Assembly: GCA_964546655.1 (NCBI GenBank)
Contig: CAZJKL010000001.1
Span: 2,093-66,092, forward strand
DNA from: an uncultured Bacteroidales bacterium
Lineage (GTDB): Bacteria; Bacteroidota; Bacteroidia; Bacteroidales; CAZJKL01
Reading direction: 5' to 3'
DNA: 64,000 bases
Part shown: one piece after another, positions 1 to 8,781 of the stretch
Layout: each line of letters starts with the position of its first letter
Numbering within the stretch: the stretch's first letter is position 1
The notes under the pieces: generated by a model
Databases searched by the model: none
Told to the model about the DNA's origin: nothing
The model's input: the letters and a program-made list of their open reading frames with translations, nothing else
Program-made: the position numbers and the translations under genes

Positions 1-586
1 ATGCAAAAAATAATGAACTTTTTTTTAGTTTAGATTCATCATTATTTTCATAACTTTTAATAAAATATAAAACAAAAATAAAAAATAAAGAGACAATAAT
101 AAAAGAGAAAAACTCAGGTAGAATTCTATTTGATATTTCTAGAAATACAATAGAAAAAAAAGGAGTTAGTTGAATAAAAAGGGCATTTAATAAATTTTTA
201 AAATATTTATAAGTGAATAATCCTAACATAAATAATAAAACTGCATTTAAGAAAATAAAAGTAATAGAAATAGAATGAAGATAAAAATCAGGATTTTTAA
301 TAATATTTTCGTCAAGAGAGCCTTCTTTAAATAAATTAACAGTAGAAATTACAATTGCAGAAATATATTGTATTGGAATGCCTGGGTGGTCAACAAAATT
401 ACAGATATGTCCATTGGTAATTGCAAGTGCATTATACAAATAAGCCATTTCAGGGTCAACATGATTTAATGAATAATGGCTAATTTGGGTCTTATAATTT
501 ATACATATTAATACAAAAAGAATTGGTAAAAATAATAATATGATGTAATTAATTTTCTTTTTTAATGACAACATAATACTTTTCAT
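1..586 (-). CDS. Partial (runs off window start) polytopic membrane protein, probable GT-C-fold glycosyltransferase
   Basis: Not in the ORF track; translated by hand. ATG at 586-584 overlaps the TAA of the upstream gene (TAATG) and the frame stays open to base 1: MKSIMLSLKKKINYIILLFLPILFVLICINYK...HVDPEMAYLYNAL...VDHPGIPIQY, followed by several hydrophobic helices. An acidic first periplasmic loop is typical of GT-C enzymes. Confidence 0.6.
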   Translation of the reverse strand, partial: MKSIMLSLKKKINYIILLFLPILFVLICINYKTQISHYSLNHVDPEMAYLYNALAITNGHICNFVDHPGIPIQYISAIVISTVNLFKEGSLDENIIKNPDFYLHSISITFIFLNAVLLFMLGLFTYKYFKNLLNALFIQLTPFFSIVFLEISNRILPEFFSFIIVSLFFIFVLYFIKSYENNDESKLKKSSLFFA

Positions 587-2595
587 TAAAGATAAATAAT
601 TTCAAATTTTTCACATTCTCCAATATTATCGGAGTTTGCAAAAATAAGATTAGTCTTTTTATCTACAGATAAATATTTACCATTAATTGCTTTAATAGCA
701 TAGTATGTTTTATTAATTTTATATAAATAAAATGTTTCCCAATCGCACATTAAATCTTTATCTACAGTTAACTCATTTTTATTTTCAATATTTGAAGAAA
801 TAAATTTATTTTGAAAAGACAATAATCCCAAAGAATTATTATTAAGAACAACTAATTTGAATAATTCCCATGAAAGAGAATGATCTTTGTCTGCTATTAG
901 GAAAGGAGTTCCTTTCGGATTGTCAAAACTAATACTTATGTATTTACCATTTGCCGATTTAATATTTATAGATTTAATTTCTTTAATATTCTTATTTATG
1001 TCATTAATTTTTTGAATAGAATTTATATCACACTTTGAATAATCACACCATTGCTTTAATGAAGTTATATCCATATTATCAAAAAAGCTCATATATTTTT
1101 CAGGATAATTTCCTGTATATGCATTAACAACTGGTATATTTAAATATTGAGCAGCCAATATAGCAGAAATATTAGTTTCAATTATTTTATCATGAGAATC
1201 TGGTTTTGATAAAATTGGCATGTAGGCTATTGCTTTATATTTATTATTATATTGTTTATTAATATTATTAACAATTAAATTAATTTCATTCTGAGAATCT
1301 TTTTTGTCAAAAATCTTTAATTCATTATTATTTATAATATTCTCATAAATAGCAATAAAAGGAAGAATTAATAATATAAATTGTTTTAATTTATAATTTA
1401 TTTTAAGTTCATTAAATGAAACAACAAATATAAACAAGAAGAATATAACTTGAATATTAATAATTCTATCAATAGAACGCATAGACTTAAATCCAGGTAA
1501 ATAATGTATCAATCTATATAAAGAGAATTCATGGATGTTTAAACAAAAAATAATGTTTAGAAATAAAGCAAGTAACAAGAATTTTAATAATTTGTTTTGC
1601 CTATTTTCTAATTTATTTTGTTTTAATATTAAAGCTATTGAAACAAGAATACCTATCCATGGAAGAATACCTACAAAATGAAAATGAGACCACCAATTTG
1701 GAAAAGCAAATTGGCTGTGTTGAGTTAGAATATACCAGTTTTTTGCTGCTATATGAGTGAAAAAATAAGAAATAGGTCTTGGTATAGAATCAAAAATACT
1801 ATCATAACTTCTGTTTTCTGTGATTTCTATCGCTTTAAAATAAGGTATCATTAAAAATGATAATAGTATTGCACAAAAAATTATAACAAAAGAAATATAA
1901 ATAATATTTTTCTTTTGTTTAAATAATAGAAAAAAGTCCCAGTCTTTATATGTTATAAAATAAGCAACAGATAAAAAGAATATTCCATAAATTAAGAAAA
2001 ATCCTAAATAAATTCCGCAATAAAATTGAAAAACAACACCCAATGAAGCAAATAAAAAATACTTTAATTTTTTATTTGATAAAAATTGCCATGTCCAAAA
2101 TAAAACAAGAGGAGCAATAAATTTTGGGAAAACTTGAACATGCTCAAAATGACCAATATTGTATATTCCAAAAGCAAAAATATATGCAGCGGCAGATGCA
2201 ATAAAAACATTTGAAGATATTTTGTTAAACACCCAAAAGCTAAATATAAAATTTAGTCCAAAAATGCAAATAATCCAAAATTGAAAGGAGGTTTCTCTTT
2301 CATAGCCTATTTCTCTGAATAATGAATAGATGGGCATTGTTCCAAGTAAGTTATCAGAAAAAGCGGTTACATTTTTTAATGGATGCATCATTGGTATATC
2401 CCAGTAATTAGCAATATCTCCCTTTAAATATTTATAGCCGTGTTCTAAAATATAATTATTAAATCTTGCGTCACCCTTATCTCCAATTATTTTCGAAAAA
2501 TCCGTATGGAAAATTTTTATTGGAACCGTATATAATCCAATAATTAACATTAAAATTGGGATTATAAAATATATTTGTTTTAATAGTTTTTTCAT
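586..2595 (-). CDS. GT-C/YfhO-like polytopic membrane glycosyltransferase with C-terminal fascin-like beta-trefoil domain
   Basis: About 11-12 hydrophobic segments; first loop GDKGDARFNNYILEH. The last ~130 aa hold repeated trefoil units (IKSANGKYIS..WELFKL, LLSFQNKFIS..WETFYL, IKAINGKYLS..EKFEI). Confidence 0.65.
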   Translation of the reverse strand: MKKLLKQIYFIIPILMLIIGLYTVPIKIFHTDFSKIIGDKGDARFNNYILEHGYKYLKGDIANYWDIPMMHPLKNVTAFSDNLLGTMPIYSLFREIGYERETSFQFWIICIFGLNFIFSFWVFNKISSNVFIASAAAYIFAFGIYNIGHFEHVQVFPKFIAPLVLFWTWQFLSNKKLKYFLFASLGVVFQFYCGIYLGFFLIYGIFFLSVAYFITYKDWDFFLLFKQKKNIIYISFVIIFCAILLSFLMIPYFKAIEITENRSYDSIFDSIPRPISYFFTHIAAKNWYILTQHSQFAFPNWWSHFHFVGILPWIGILVSIALILKQNKLENRQNKLLKFLLLALFLNIIFCLNIHEFSLYRLIHYLPGFKSMRSIDRIINIQVIFFLFIFVVSFNELKINYKLKQFILLILPFIAIYENIINNNELKIFDKKDSQNEINLIVNNINKQYNNKYKAIAYMPILSKPDSHDKIIETNISAILAAQYLNIPVVNAYTGNYPEKYMSFFDNMDITSLKQWCDYSKCDINSIQKINDINKNIKEIKSINIKSANGKYISISFDNPKGTPFLIADKDHSLSWELFKLVVLNNNSLGLLSFQNKFISSNIENKNELTVDKDLMCDWETFYLYKINKTYYAIKAINGKYLSVDKKTNLIFANSDNIGECEKFEIIYL

Positions 2596-2666
2596 TTTAA
2601 ATTAAAAGTTAATAAACAAAAGTATTAAAAAACATTATAAACATCTACATAAATTATATTTAGAAA

Positions 2667-4232
2667 TTAATAATTATGTTCAATAATTTTAGCCTTCATT
2701 TTATAAACATATTCAGGAATATTTTTATCGTATTTTTTAAAAATAACAAAAGAAATATTTTGTTTTCTTAATTTTTTCAATTCTTCTTCAGAAGGAATAA
2801 AATCATAAACATTTTCGAAATTTGTGAAAAACATTATAGATGGAAATGAAAGTTCTTGTACATTAAACAATATTACATCTTTGTTTTCCACAATTTCGGG
2901 TAATGCTTTTATAAATTGCATTTCGGTAAATCGGAATTTTCTATACCAAGATTTTTCTGGGTATTTAAGGCTATGTTCGACCTCAATTTTATTTGTGTTT
3001 AAGGTAAAATAACAAAACGAAATCAATAATAATAAAGTAAGATAAAACGAAATGTTTTTATTTGTTTTCTTATTAAAAAATAGTTCAAATTCACTAATTA
3101 CATTAGCAAAAGCAATAAAAATAAATACCGAAACAATTAAACCAAACGATTCAAGTTTAGTTTTTGCAATTGTGAAAATAGTATAACTAATAATTATTGA
3201 TAAAAAAATCATGATTTTATGAGATTTTTTATCAAGTTTGAAAAATAAAAATAGTAGTAATATAATTATAATATATGGTGTAATATTGTTTTCAAAATAT
3301 AAAAACTCTAATGCTTTAAAATGGTAATTCCAAGAGCCTTTGTGACCTTCAAGTGTTTCAAAAAAATGGCGGCTATTATAAGCATACTCATATCTGCTTT
3401 CAATTGGAAATTTTCTTAAAATATATAATTGCCAAGGCAGAAAAACTATAATTGCAATAGTCAATGAAACTATAATATGAAAGTAGTTTTTTAATTTTAA
3501 AATATTTTCTTTATTAGTTAATAAAACAATTCCCCAGCCACCAAAAACAATTAATCCGCTTAACCATTTGTTTAACACAGCACAACCTGCAAAAATGCCA
3601 ATAAATATTACATATTTCAATGAATTATTTTTAGTGTATTCGAACCAAGCCCAAAATGAAGCTGAAACGTAAAAAATAAAAGCGATATCATTATGGTCAC
3701 AAATTTTTCCACCTACAATTAAATCTAATAAATAATATGAAAAACAAAACAAAAAGCCAGCATAAAAGCCGGTTTTTTTAGACACAGTAATTGACCCAAT
3801 TCTATAAATGAAAAATACTATTATAGAATGCATTATAATACTTGGCAATCTAACTGCAAAAACATTGGTTCCAAATATTTTTATACTTAATGCAATTTGC
3901 CATAAAAACAAAGGTTGTTTATGAAGCCAAATATGATTTCTATCCCAGGTTTCATAATTGTATTCAAGAATTGGGTTTAAATATAAAGTAGGCTTTAACG
4001 GGTTTTCAATCATATTTTTGGCAACCAAAGCATGAATTTGTTCGTCCCAATAATTTAAAAAAGGATCAAGAGAGGCAAAGAATAAGCCTAATAAAAAGGA
4101 ACCTAATATTAAAATTATAACTGAAAGCTTCGGACTTTTATAATGAAAAGTAAATAGTGCAATAATAATTAATAATATAGCACTATAAAAGAAAATTAAT
4201 TGATCTGTAATAAAAAAATCAGAATCCAACAT
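2667..4232 (-). CDS. ArnT/PMT-family (GT83/GT39-like) membrane glycosyltransferase
   Basis: YWDEQIHALVAKNM, HKQPLFLW, RLPS and NKWL motifs plus many TM helices. The ORF track extends to a TTG at 4256; ATG at 4232 is the more likely start. Confidence 0.8.
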   Translation of the reverse strand: MLDSDFFITDQLIFFYSAILLIIIALFTFHYKSPKLSVIILILGSFLLGLFFASLDPFLNYWDEQIHALVAKNMIENPLKPTLYLNPILEYNYETWDRNHIWLHKQPLFLWQIALSIKIFGTNVFAVRLPSIIMHSIIVFFIYRIGSITVSKKTGFYAGFLFCFSYYLLDLIVGGKICDHNDIAFIFYVSASFWAWFEYTKNNSLKYVIFIGIFAGCAVLNKWLSGLIVFGGWGIVLLTNKENILKLKNYFHIIVSLTIAIIVFLPWQLYILRKFPIESRYEYAYNSRHFFETLEGHKGSWNYHFKALEFLYFENNITPYIIIILLLFLFFKLDKKSHKIMIFLSIIISYTIFTIAKTKLESFGLIVSVFIFIAFANVISEFELFFNKKTNKNISFYLTLLLLISFCYFTLNTNKIEVEHSLKYPEKSWYRKFRFTEMQFIKALPEIVENKDVILFNVQELSFPSIMFFTNFENVYDFIPSEEELKKLRKQNISFVIFKKYDKNIPEYVYKMKAKIIEHNY

Positions 4233-4373
4233 TATAATTAATTTAATAGAATTCAAAAATAAACGTTTTTAATTAGAAATATTGTTCGAGTTTTAAAATA
4301 AAATTCAAAAAACTAAAAAAAATGGATTGTTTTTTTCGGCAAAATATTTATCTTGCAATCGAATTTAAAAAAT

Positions 4374-5015
4374 ATGTTACAACCATTATTCACAGGTATT
4401 ATTTTAGGTGCGACTCTAAGTTTTCTTATAGGTCCTGCTTTTTTTACTTTGATAGATACTAGTATTAAAAGAGGTTTTTTCTATGGATGGGCTTTTGCTG
4501 TTGGAATTCTTATTAGTGATATAATGTATATTTCAATAATTATGCTAGGCGTTTCGAGCTTACTTGAAAATGTTATGTTTAAAAATATAATGTCAGTCGC
4601 TGGAGGGTTACTGCTTATTGCTTTTAGCATTTATTACTTTACACGTAAAAAAGAAACTAATTTTACTCGAAGAAAAAAGCTTTTAACTCAAAAAGTTCCT
4701 TTGGTAAATTTAATTCTTAAAGGTTTTGTTTTAAATACTTTTAATCCTACTGTTTTATTTTTTTGGATTGGTATTATAAGCTCAGTTTCTATTCAGGTTC
4801 AAGGGGCAAAAAATGGTGTTTATATATTTTTATCTGGTTTGTTTATAACCATGCATGGAATGGATATAATTAAAGCTTATGTTGCTCAAAAAATCAATAA
4901 ATTTTTAACCCCAAATATTATGTATCTTTTTAATATTTTAGTTGGTGTAATTTTATTTTGTTTTGGCGGATATCTTATCTTAAATTATTTAAACAGCGTA
5001 TTACATTTGTTCTAA
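4374..5015 (+). CDS. LysE/RhtB family amino-acid translocator
   Basis: GPAFFTLIDTSIKRGF and GFVLNTFNP motifs, about 6 TM segments. The ORF track starts at TTG 4353; ATG 4374 is in frame. Confidence 0.85.
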   Translation: MLQPLFTGIILGATLSFLIGPAFFTLIDTSIKRGFFYGWAFAVGILISDIMYISIIMLGVSSLLENVMFKNIMSVAGGLLLIAFSIYYFTRKKETNFTRRKKLLTQKVPLVNLILKGFVLNTFNPTVLFFWIGIISSVSIQVQGAKNGVYIFLSGLFITMHGMDIIKAYVAQKINKFLTPNIMYLFNILVGVILFCFGGYLILNYLNSVLHLF

Positions 5016-7445
5016 TCCTTCAACTTCTCCTCCCTGATTATTTGGCTTTTGTTTTTTAAAGTTGTTAATTTTATAGCTAAAAGTAATCATATAAACCTGA
5101 TATTCTCTATTCATTTTTTCAAATGTATAATATGATTTATTTAATATTGTGCGTTCAGAAGTTCTTGTTTTAAATACATCTTGTATATTTAAGGTTAAGC
5201 TTGCTTTTTTCTTAAATACATCTTGTTTAATACCAAAATCAAAATAATAAACTTCTGATTTTTCTCCTTGAATATCAACCGAAGGGCTATTGTAAACTCC
5301 AGTTAACTGGAATTTAGTTGTTTTTGTAATTGTAAAATTTGTCGCTAATTTTGTTTCATAGTTAAAACTATTATCTTTAACATTTTCTCCGGTAATATTT
5401 CCATTTACACTCATATTATATAAATTCCCTGATAAATTAATATTTATCCATTTCTTTGGGTCAATATTAAGCATAAGTTCAAAGCCATACGATTCTTTTT
5501 TGTCAAAATTACCCATTGTAGATACCTTTCTGTTTAGTTCATCAATTGTGATTATACGAACAATTGAATTAGTAGTAAGGTTATAATAAGTTCCTAAAGA
5601 ATAAAACATTTTTTTATAATTTTTTTGATAGTTTATTTCAAAAGCATTAATATCCTCTGGTTTAAGATATGGATTACCTTTGCTTAAATTATATAAATCA
5701 GAAAAATTTGGATAAGGATTTAATAACCAAGGTTTTGGCCTATTAACTCTTTTGCTATAACTTAATTGAATATTTCTATCTTTTGTTAGTTTCTTATTAA
5801 TATGCACAGTTGGATAGTAATTACTAAGATTTACCAGATATTTTTCATTTGTGGTTTTCTGTTCAATAATTCTATCTGTTATTTCATATCTTAATCCAAG
5901 CTGATATTCAAATTCTTTAAATTTGCTCGAAAAAGTAGCGTAAGTAGCGTAAATAGATTGATTAAAGAAAAGTATATTTGAGTAATTAGTATTATTTATC
6001 CATAAAACAGAATTTAAATCAAAGTCTTCATAAATAAAATCAATATCACCATTAGGACCGGTTGTATATTGAAATCCTGATTCAAATTTGCCAATCTTTA
6101 AAGGATTTGTATAATCAATTTTTAACTGATAATTTTGACGATCTGCATTTGTTTGTGAGCGATTTCTTGAACCATCGCTAGTTTTATTAAATAAGTTGTT
6201 TGTATAATCTAATACTGAATTTTCTTTTGTTAAGCCTGTTAATGTTGAAACATTTGTGAAAAATAAAACTTTATGGTCTTCTTTTTTAAATTTTTTTTGA
6301 TATGATAAATCAAATGAATATATAGACATATGCATACTATATCTGTTGTCTGACAATGAATAAATGCTATTTAAAACATCGTCATTATAACTATCATAGC
6401 TATTGTATGAAGTTAATTTGTTTCTTTTCATTAAAGCCTCTCTATAATTAAAAGCAAATGTAATCGAGTTGTTTGGGTTAATTGCATAGTCAAAGCCTCC
6501 ATTTATACTTTTACTTTGTCTTAAAAATCTCATGTCTCCATCTTCAACCAAATTATTAATAGTATCAGAATTATAAATTTCATTTATTGTTTTAGAATTC
6601 CCCAGGTTCCATTTATTATTATAACTCGCTCCAATAAAGTAATTAAACTTCTTCTTTCTTAAATTAAATAAAAAATCGGCATTATATTTATCATTTTTAC
6701 CAGCCGATAAATTAACTATACCATTAAAGCCATCGCGTTTTTCTTTTTTCAAAATTATATTAATAATACCTGCTGTTCCTTCAGGGTCATATTTAGCAGA
6801 TGGATTAGTTATTAACTCAATTTTTTCGATAGAACTTGCCGGATATTGATTAAGAATATCGTTCCCATCCATTATACTTGGTTTTCCATCAATTAATACA
6901 GTATAGTTTGTATTTCCCCTTATAGCAACATTCCCTTCAATATCAACAGAAACAGATGGAACATTTTTTAATACATCAATTGCAGTTCCTCCTGTAGCAT
7001 TAAGGCTTTGATCAACATTTATTACTTTTTTGTCAATTTTGTATTCTATATAATCTTTTTGTGCAACAACTTGCACTTCAGAAATATTTTGTGTGCTTTG
7101 TTCTAAAAAAATATCTTGTACCTTAATCTTCTTAATTTTGTCGTTAATGGTTATATTGTTAATTGTTTTTTTATTATATCCAATAAAATTAGCAATCAGA
7201 TAGTAATTGCCATCTTTTATATTAGCTAAAACATAATTTCCGTTATCATCAGTAACATTTCCTGTAACCAGCAATGAATCAGTTGCTTTGTATAATGTAA
7301 CATTTGCGTATGAAATTGGTTTTTTTGTGTGCGAATCGTAAATATTTCCTGAAATATTAGCTTTTATTTGTTTTGCTGTTTCATTTTGGGAATATAAGTT
7401 AATTACAGAAATTAACAGGATAGTTAAAGTATATATAAATTTCAT
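5001..7445 (-). CDS. TonB-dependent receptor (carboxypeptidase-regulatory-like N-domain, plug, beta-barrel)
   Basis: Signal peptide LYS|QNE; ISYANVTL..FIGY N-domain; plug DVLKNVPSV and IELITNPSAKYDPEG; aromatic-rich barrel strands. The 3' end overlaps the convergent LysE gene by 15 nt. Confidence 0.9.
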   Translation of the reverse strand: MKFIYTLTILLISVINLYSQNETAKQIKANISGNIYDSHTKKPISYANVTLYKATDSLLVTGNVTDDNGNYVLANIKDGNYYLIANFIGYNKKTINNITINDKIKKIKVQDIFLEQSTQNISEVQVVAQKDYIEYKIDKKVINVDQSLNATGGTAIDVLKNVPSVSVDIEGNVAIRGNTNYTVLIDGKPSIMDGNDILNQYPASSIEKIELITNPSAKYDPEGTAGIINIILKKEKRDGFNGIVNLSAGKNDKYNADFLFNLRKKKFNYFIGASYNNKWNLGNSKTINEIYNSDTINNLVEDGDMRFLRQSKSINGGFDYAINPNNSITFAFNYREALMKRNKLTSYNSYDSYNDDVLNSIYSLSDNRYSMHMSIYSFDLSYQKKFKKEDHKVLFFTNVSTLTGLTKENSVLDYTNNLFNKTSDGSRNRSQTNADRQNYQLKIDYTNPLKIGKFESGFQYTTGPNGDIDFIYEDFDLNSVLWINNTNYSNILFFNQSIYATYATFSSKFKEFEYQLGLRYEITDRIIEQKTTNEKYLVNLSNYYPTVHINKKLTKDRNIQLSYSKRVNRPKPWLLNPYPNFSDLYNLSKGNPYLKPEDINAFEINYQKNYKKMFYSLGTYYNLTTNSIVRIITIDELNRKVSTMGNFDKKESYGFELMLNIDPKKWININLSGNLYNMSVNGNITGENVKDNSFNYETKLATNFTITKTTKFQLTGVYNSPSVDIQGEKSEVYYFDFGIKQDVFKKKASLTLNIQDVFKTRTSERTILNKSYYTFEKMNREYQVYMITFSYKINNFKKQKPNNQGGEVEGLEQM

Positions 7446-7595
7446 TTTTTAGCCCCCTAAAATTTAAAATATTAATTGAGTGTAAATATATAATTTTAAT
7501 AATTTCAATTTACACATATTTATATAAACCTTAATAATTAATATTTTAATGGTAAAATAGCTTTAAAAGATAAAAATATGAAATTATAATAGTAT

Positions 7596-8633
7596 TTAAA
7601 GATTGTTTACAATTTTTAAAAGATCACTATCAATAAAAAATTCTGATGTAATATTGCCATTAATAATAGGAGCTTTAATTCCATTATTAAAATTAATATT
7701 TCCTTCAAAAACTCTTGCTTCGTCCCAAATGTTGTTTTTAATAAAACTATTTAAAGTGAAAGCACCTCCTTCGATTATTATTGACTGAATTTTTCTTTTA
7801 TAAAGATTATTTAAAATACTTGTTATTAAATTTCCGTCGAATTTAATTGTTTCATATTCAATATTTAATTCGTTTACACTTTCTTTTTCTGTGAAAACAA
7901 TAGTTTTAATTGTATTATCAAAAATATTTAAGTTTTTTGGAAGAGATAATTCTTTATCTAATACTATTCTTAAAGGATTTTTCCCTTCAAACAATCTTGC
8001 ATTAAGTTTAGGGTTATCAATTAAAGCAGTGTTAGTACCAATTAAAATTGACTGTTCTTCGGTACGCCACTTATGAACCAATACTCTTGATTGAAGAGTT
8101 GAAATCCAATTAATTTCATTAGTATCACCTTCTTGTCTTATTTTGTCAATAAATCCATCAATAGTTTGAGCCCATTTAAGTATAATGTAAGGACGATGTT
8201 TTTCGTGAAAAGTATTAAATCTCTTATTCAGGTTTTTACAGTCTTCTTGTGATACGCCAACCTCTACTTCGATACCTGCATTTTTTAATTTCTCAATACC
8301 TTTCCCCGATACTTCTGGATTTGGGTCAATTTGACCAATTATAACTTTGGGGATTTTATTAGCAATAATTAAATCGGCACAAGGCGGAGTTTTTCCTGTA
8401 TGTGAGCAAGGTTCTAAATTAACATATAAAGTAGAATCTTTCAATAAAGATTTATCTGAAACAGAATTTATAGCATTAACTTCGGCATGAGCTTCTCCGT
8501 ATTTTTGGTGATAGCCACTTCCAATAATTTGGTTATTGTGAACAATAACACAACCAACCATCGGATTAGGTGCAACATTGCCAATTCCTTTTGATGCTAA
8601 TTCGATGCATTTTAACATGAATTTATTTTCCAT
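7596..8633 (-). CDS. ribD: Bifunctional diaminohydroxyphosphoribosylaminopyrimidine deaminase / reductase RibD
   Basis: PNPMVG, HAE, EPCSHTGKTPPC zinc motif; KWAQTIDG and IEGGA reductase motifs. Confidence 0.97.
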   Translation of the reverse strand: MENKFMLKCIELASKGIGNVAPNPMVGCVIVHNNQIIGSGYHQKYGEAHAEVNAINSVSDKSLLKDSTLYVNLEPCSHTGKTPPCADLIIANKIPKVIIGQIDPNPEVSGKGIEKLKNAGIEVEVGVSQEDCKNLNKRFNTFHEKHRPYIILKWAQTIDGFIDKIRQEGDTNEINWISTLQSRVLVHKWRTEEQSILIGTNTALIDNPKLNARLFEGKNPLRIVLDKELSLPKNLNIFDNTIKTIVFTEKESVNELNIEYETIKFDGNLITSILNNLYKRKIQSIIIEGGAFTLNSFIKNNIWDEARVFEGNINFNNGIKAPIINGNITSEFFIDSDLLKIVNNL

Positions 8634-8652
8634 AAAGCTTCTTTATATTAAA

Positions 8653-8778
8653 AAAGAGGCTGTCTAAAAAGAGAGAAGATGTCTTTCTGAGTAAAACGAA
8701 GAACCTAATAATAAATGCATTAAGATTTTTCACTTCGTTCAAAATGACAAAAATATGTTCTTTTCGGACAGCCTCTTT
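8653..8778. repeat. Nested inverted-repeat element (MITE/REP-like), copy 1
   Basis: Outer IR 8653-8672 / 8759-8778 matches at 18/20 (aaagaggctgtc...gacagcctcttt). Inner IR 8680-8706 / 8723-8749 has 18/27 Watson-Crick pairs, plus 5 G-U pairs on the minus strand. TTAA at both ends. Confidence 0.8.
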
Positions 8779-8781
8779 AAT

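Noticed and set aside
5001-5015. Convergent 15-nt overlap (LysE / receptor) and 2-nt gap (prmC / parE) as antisense regulation
   Set aside because: Tight convergent packing is common in compact genomes and nothing else supports a regulatory role.
8634-8781. FMN riboswitch upstream of ribD
   Set aside because: The structured sequence lacks RFN-element conserved blocks (AGGGC..GGTGAAATTCC..ACCG) and has a paralog at 25418 unrelated to riboflavin genes.
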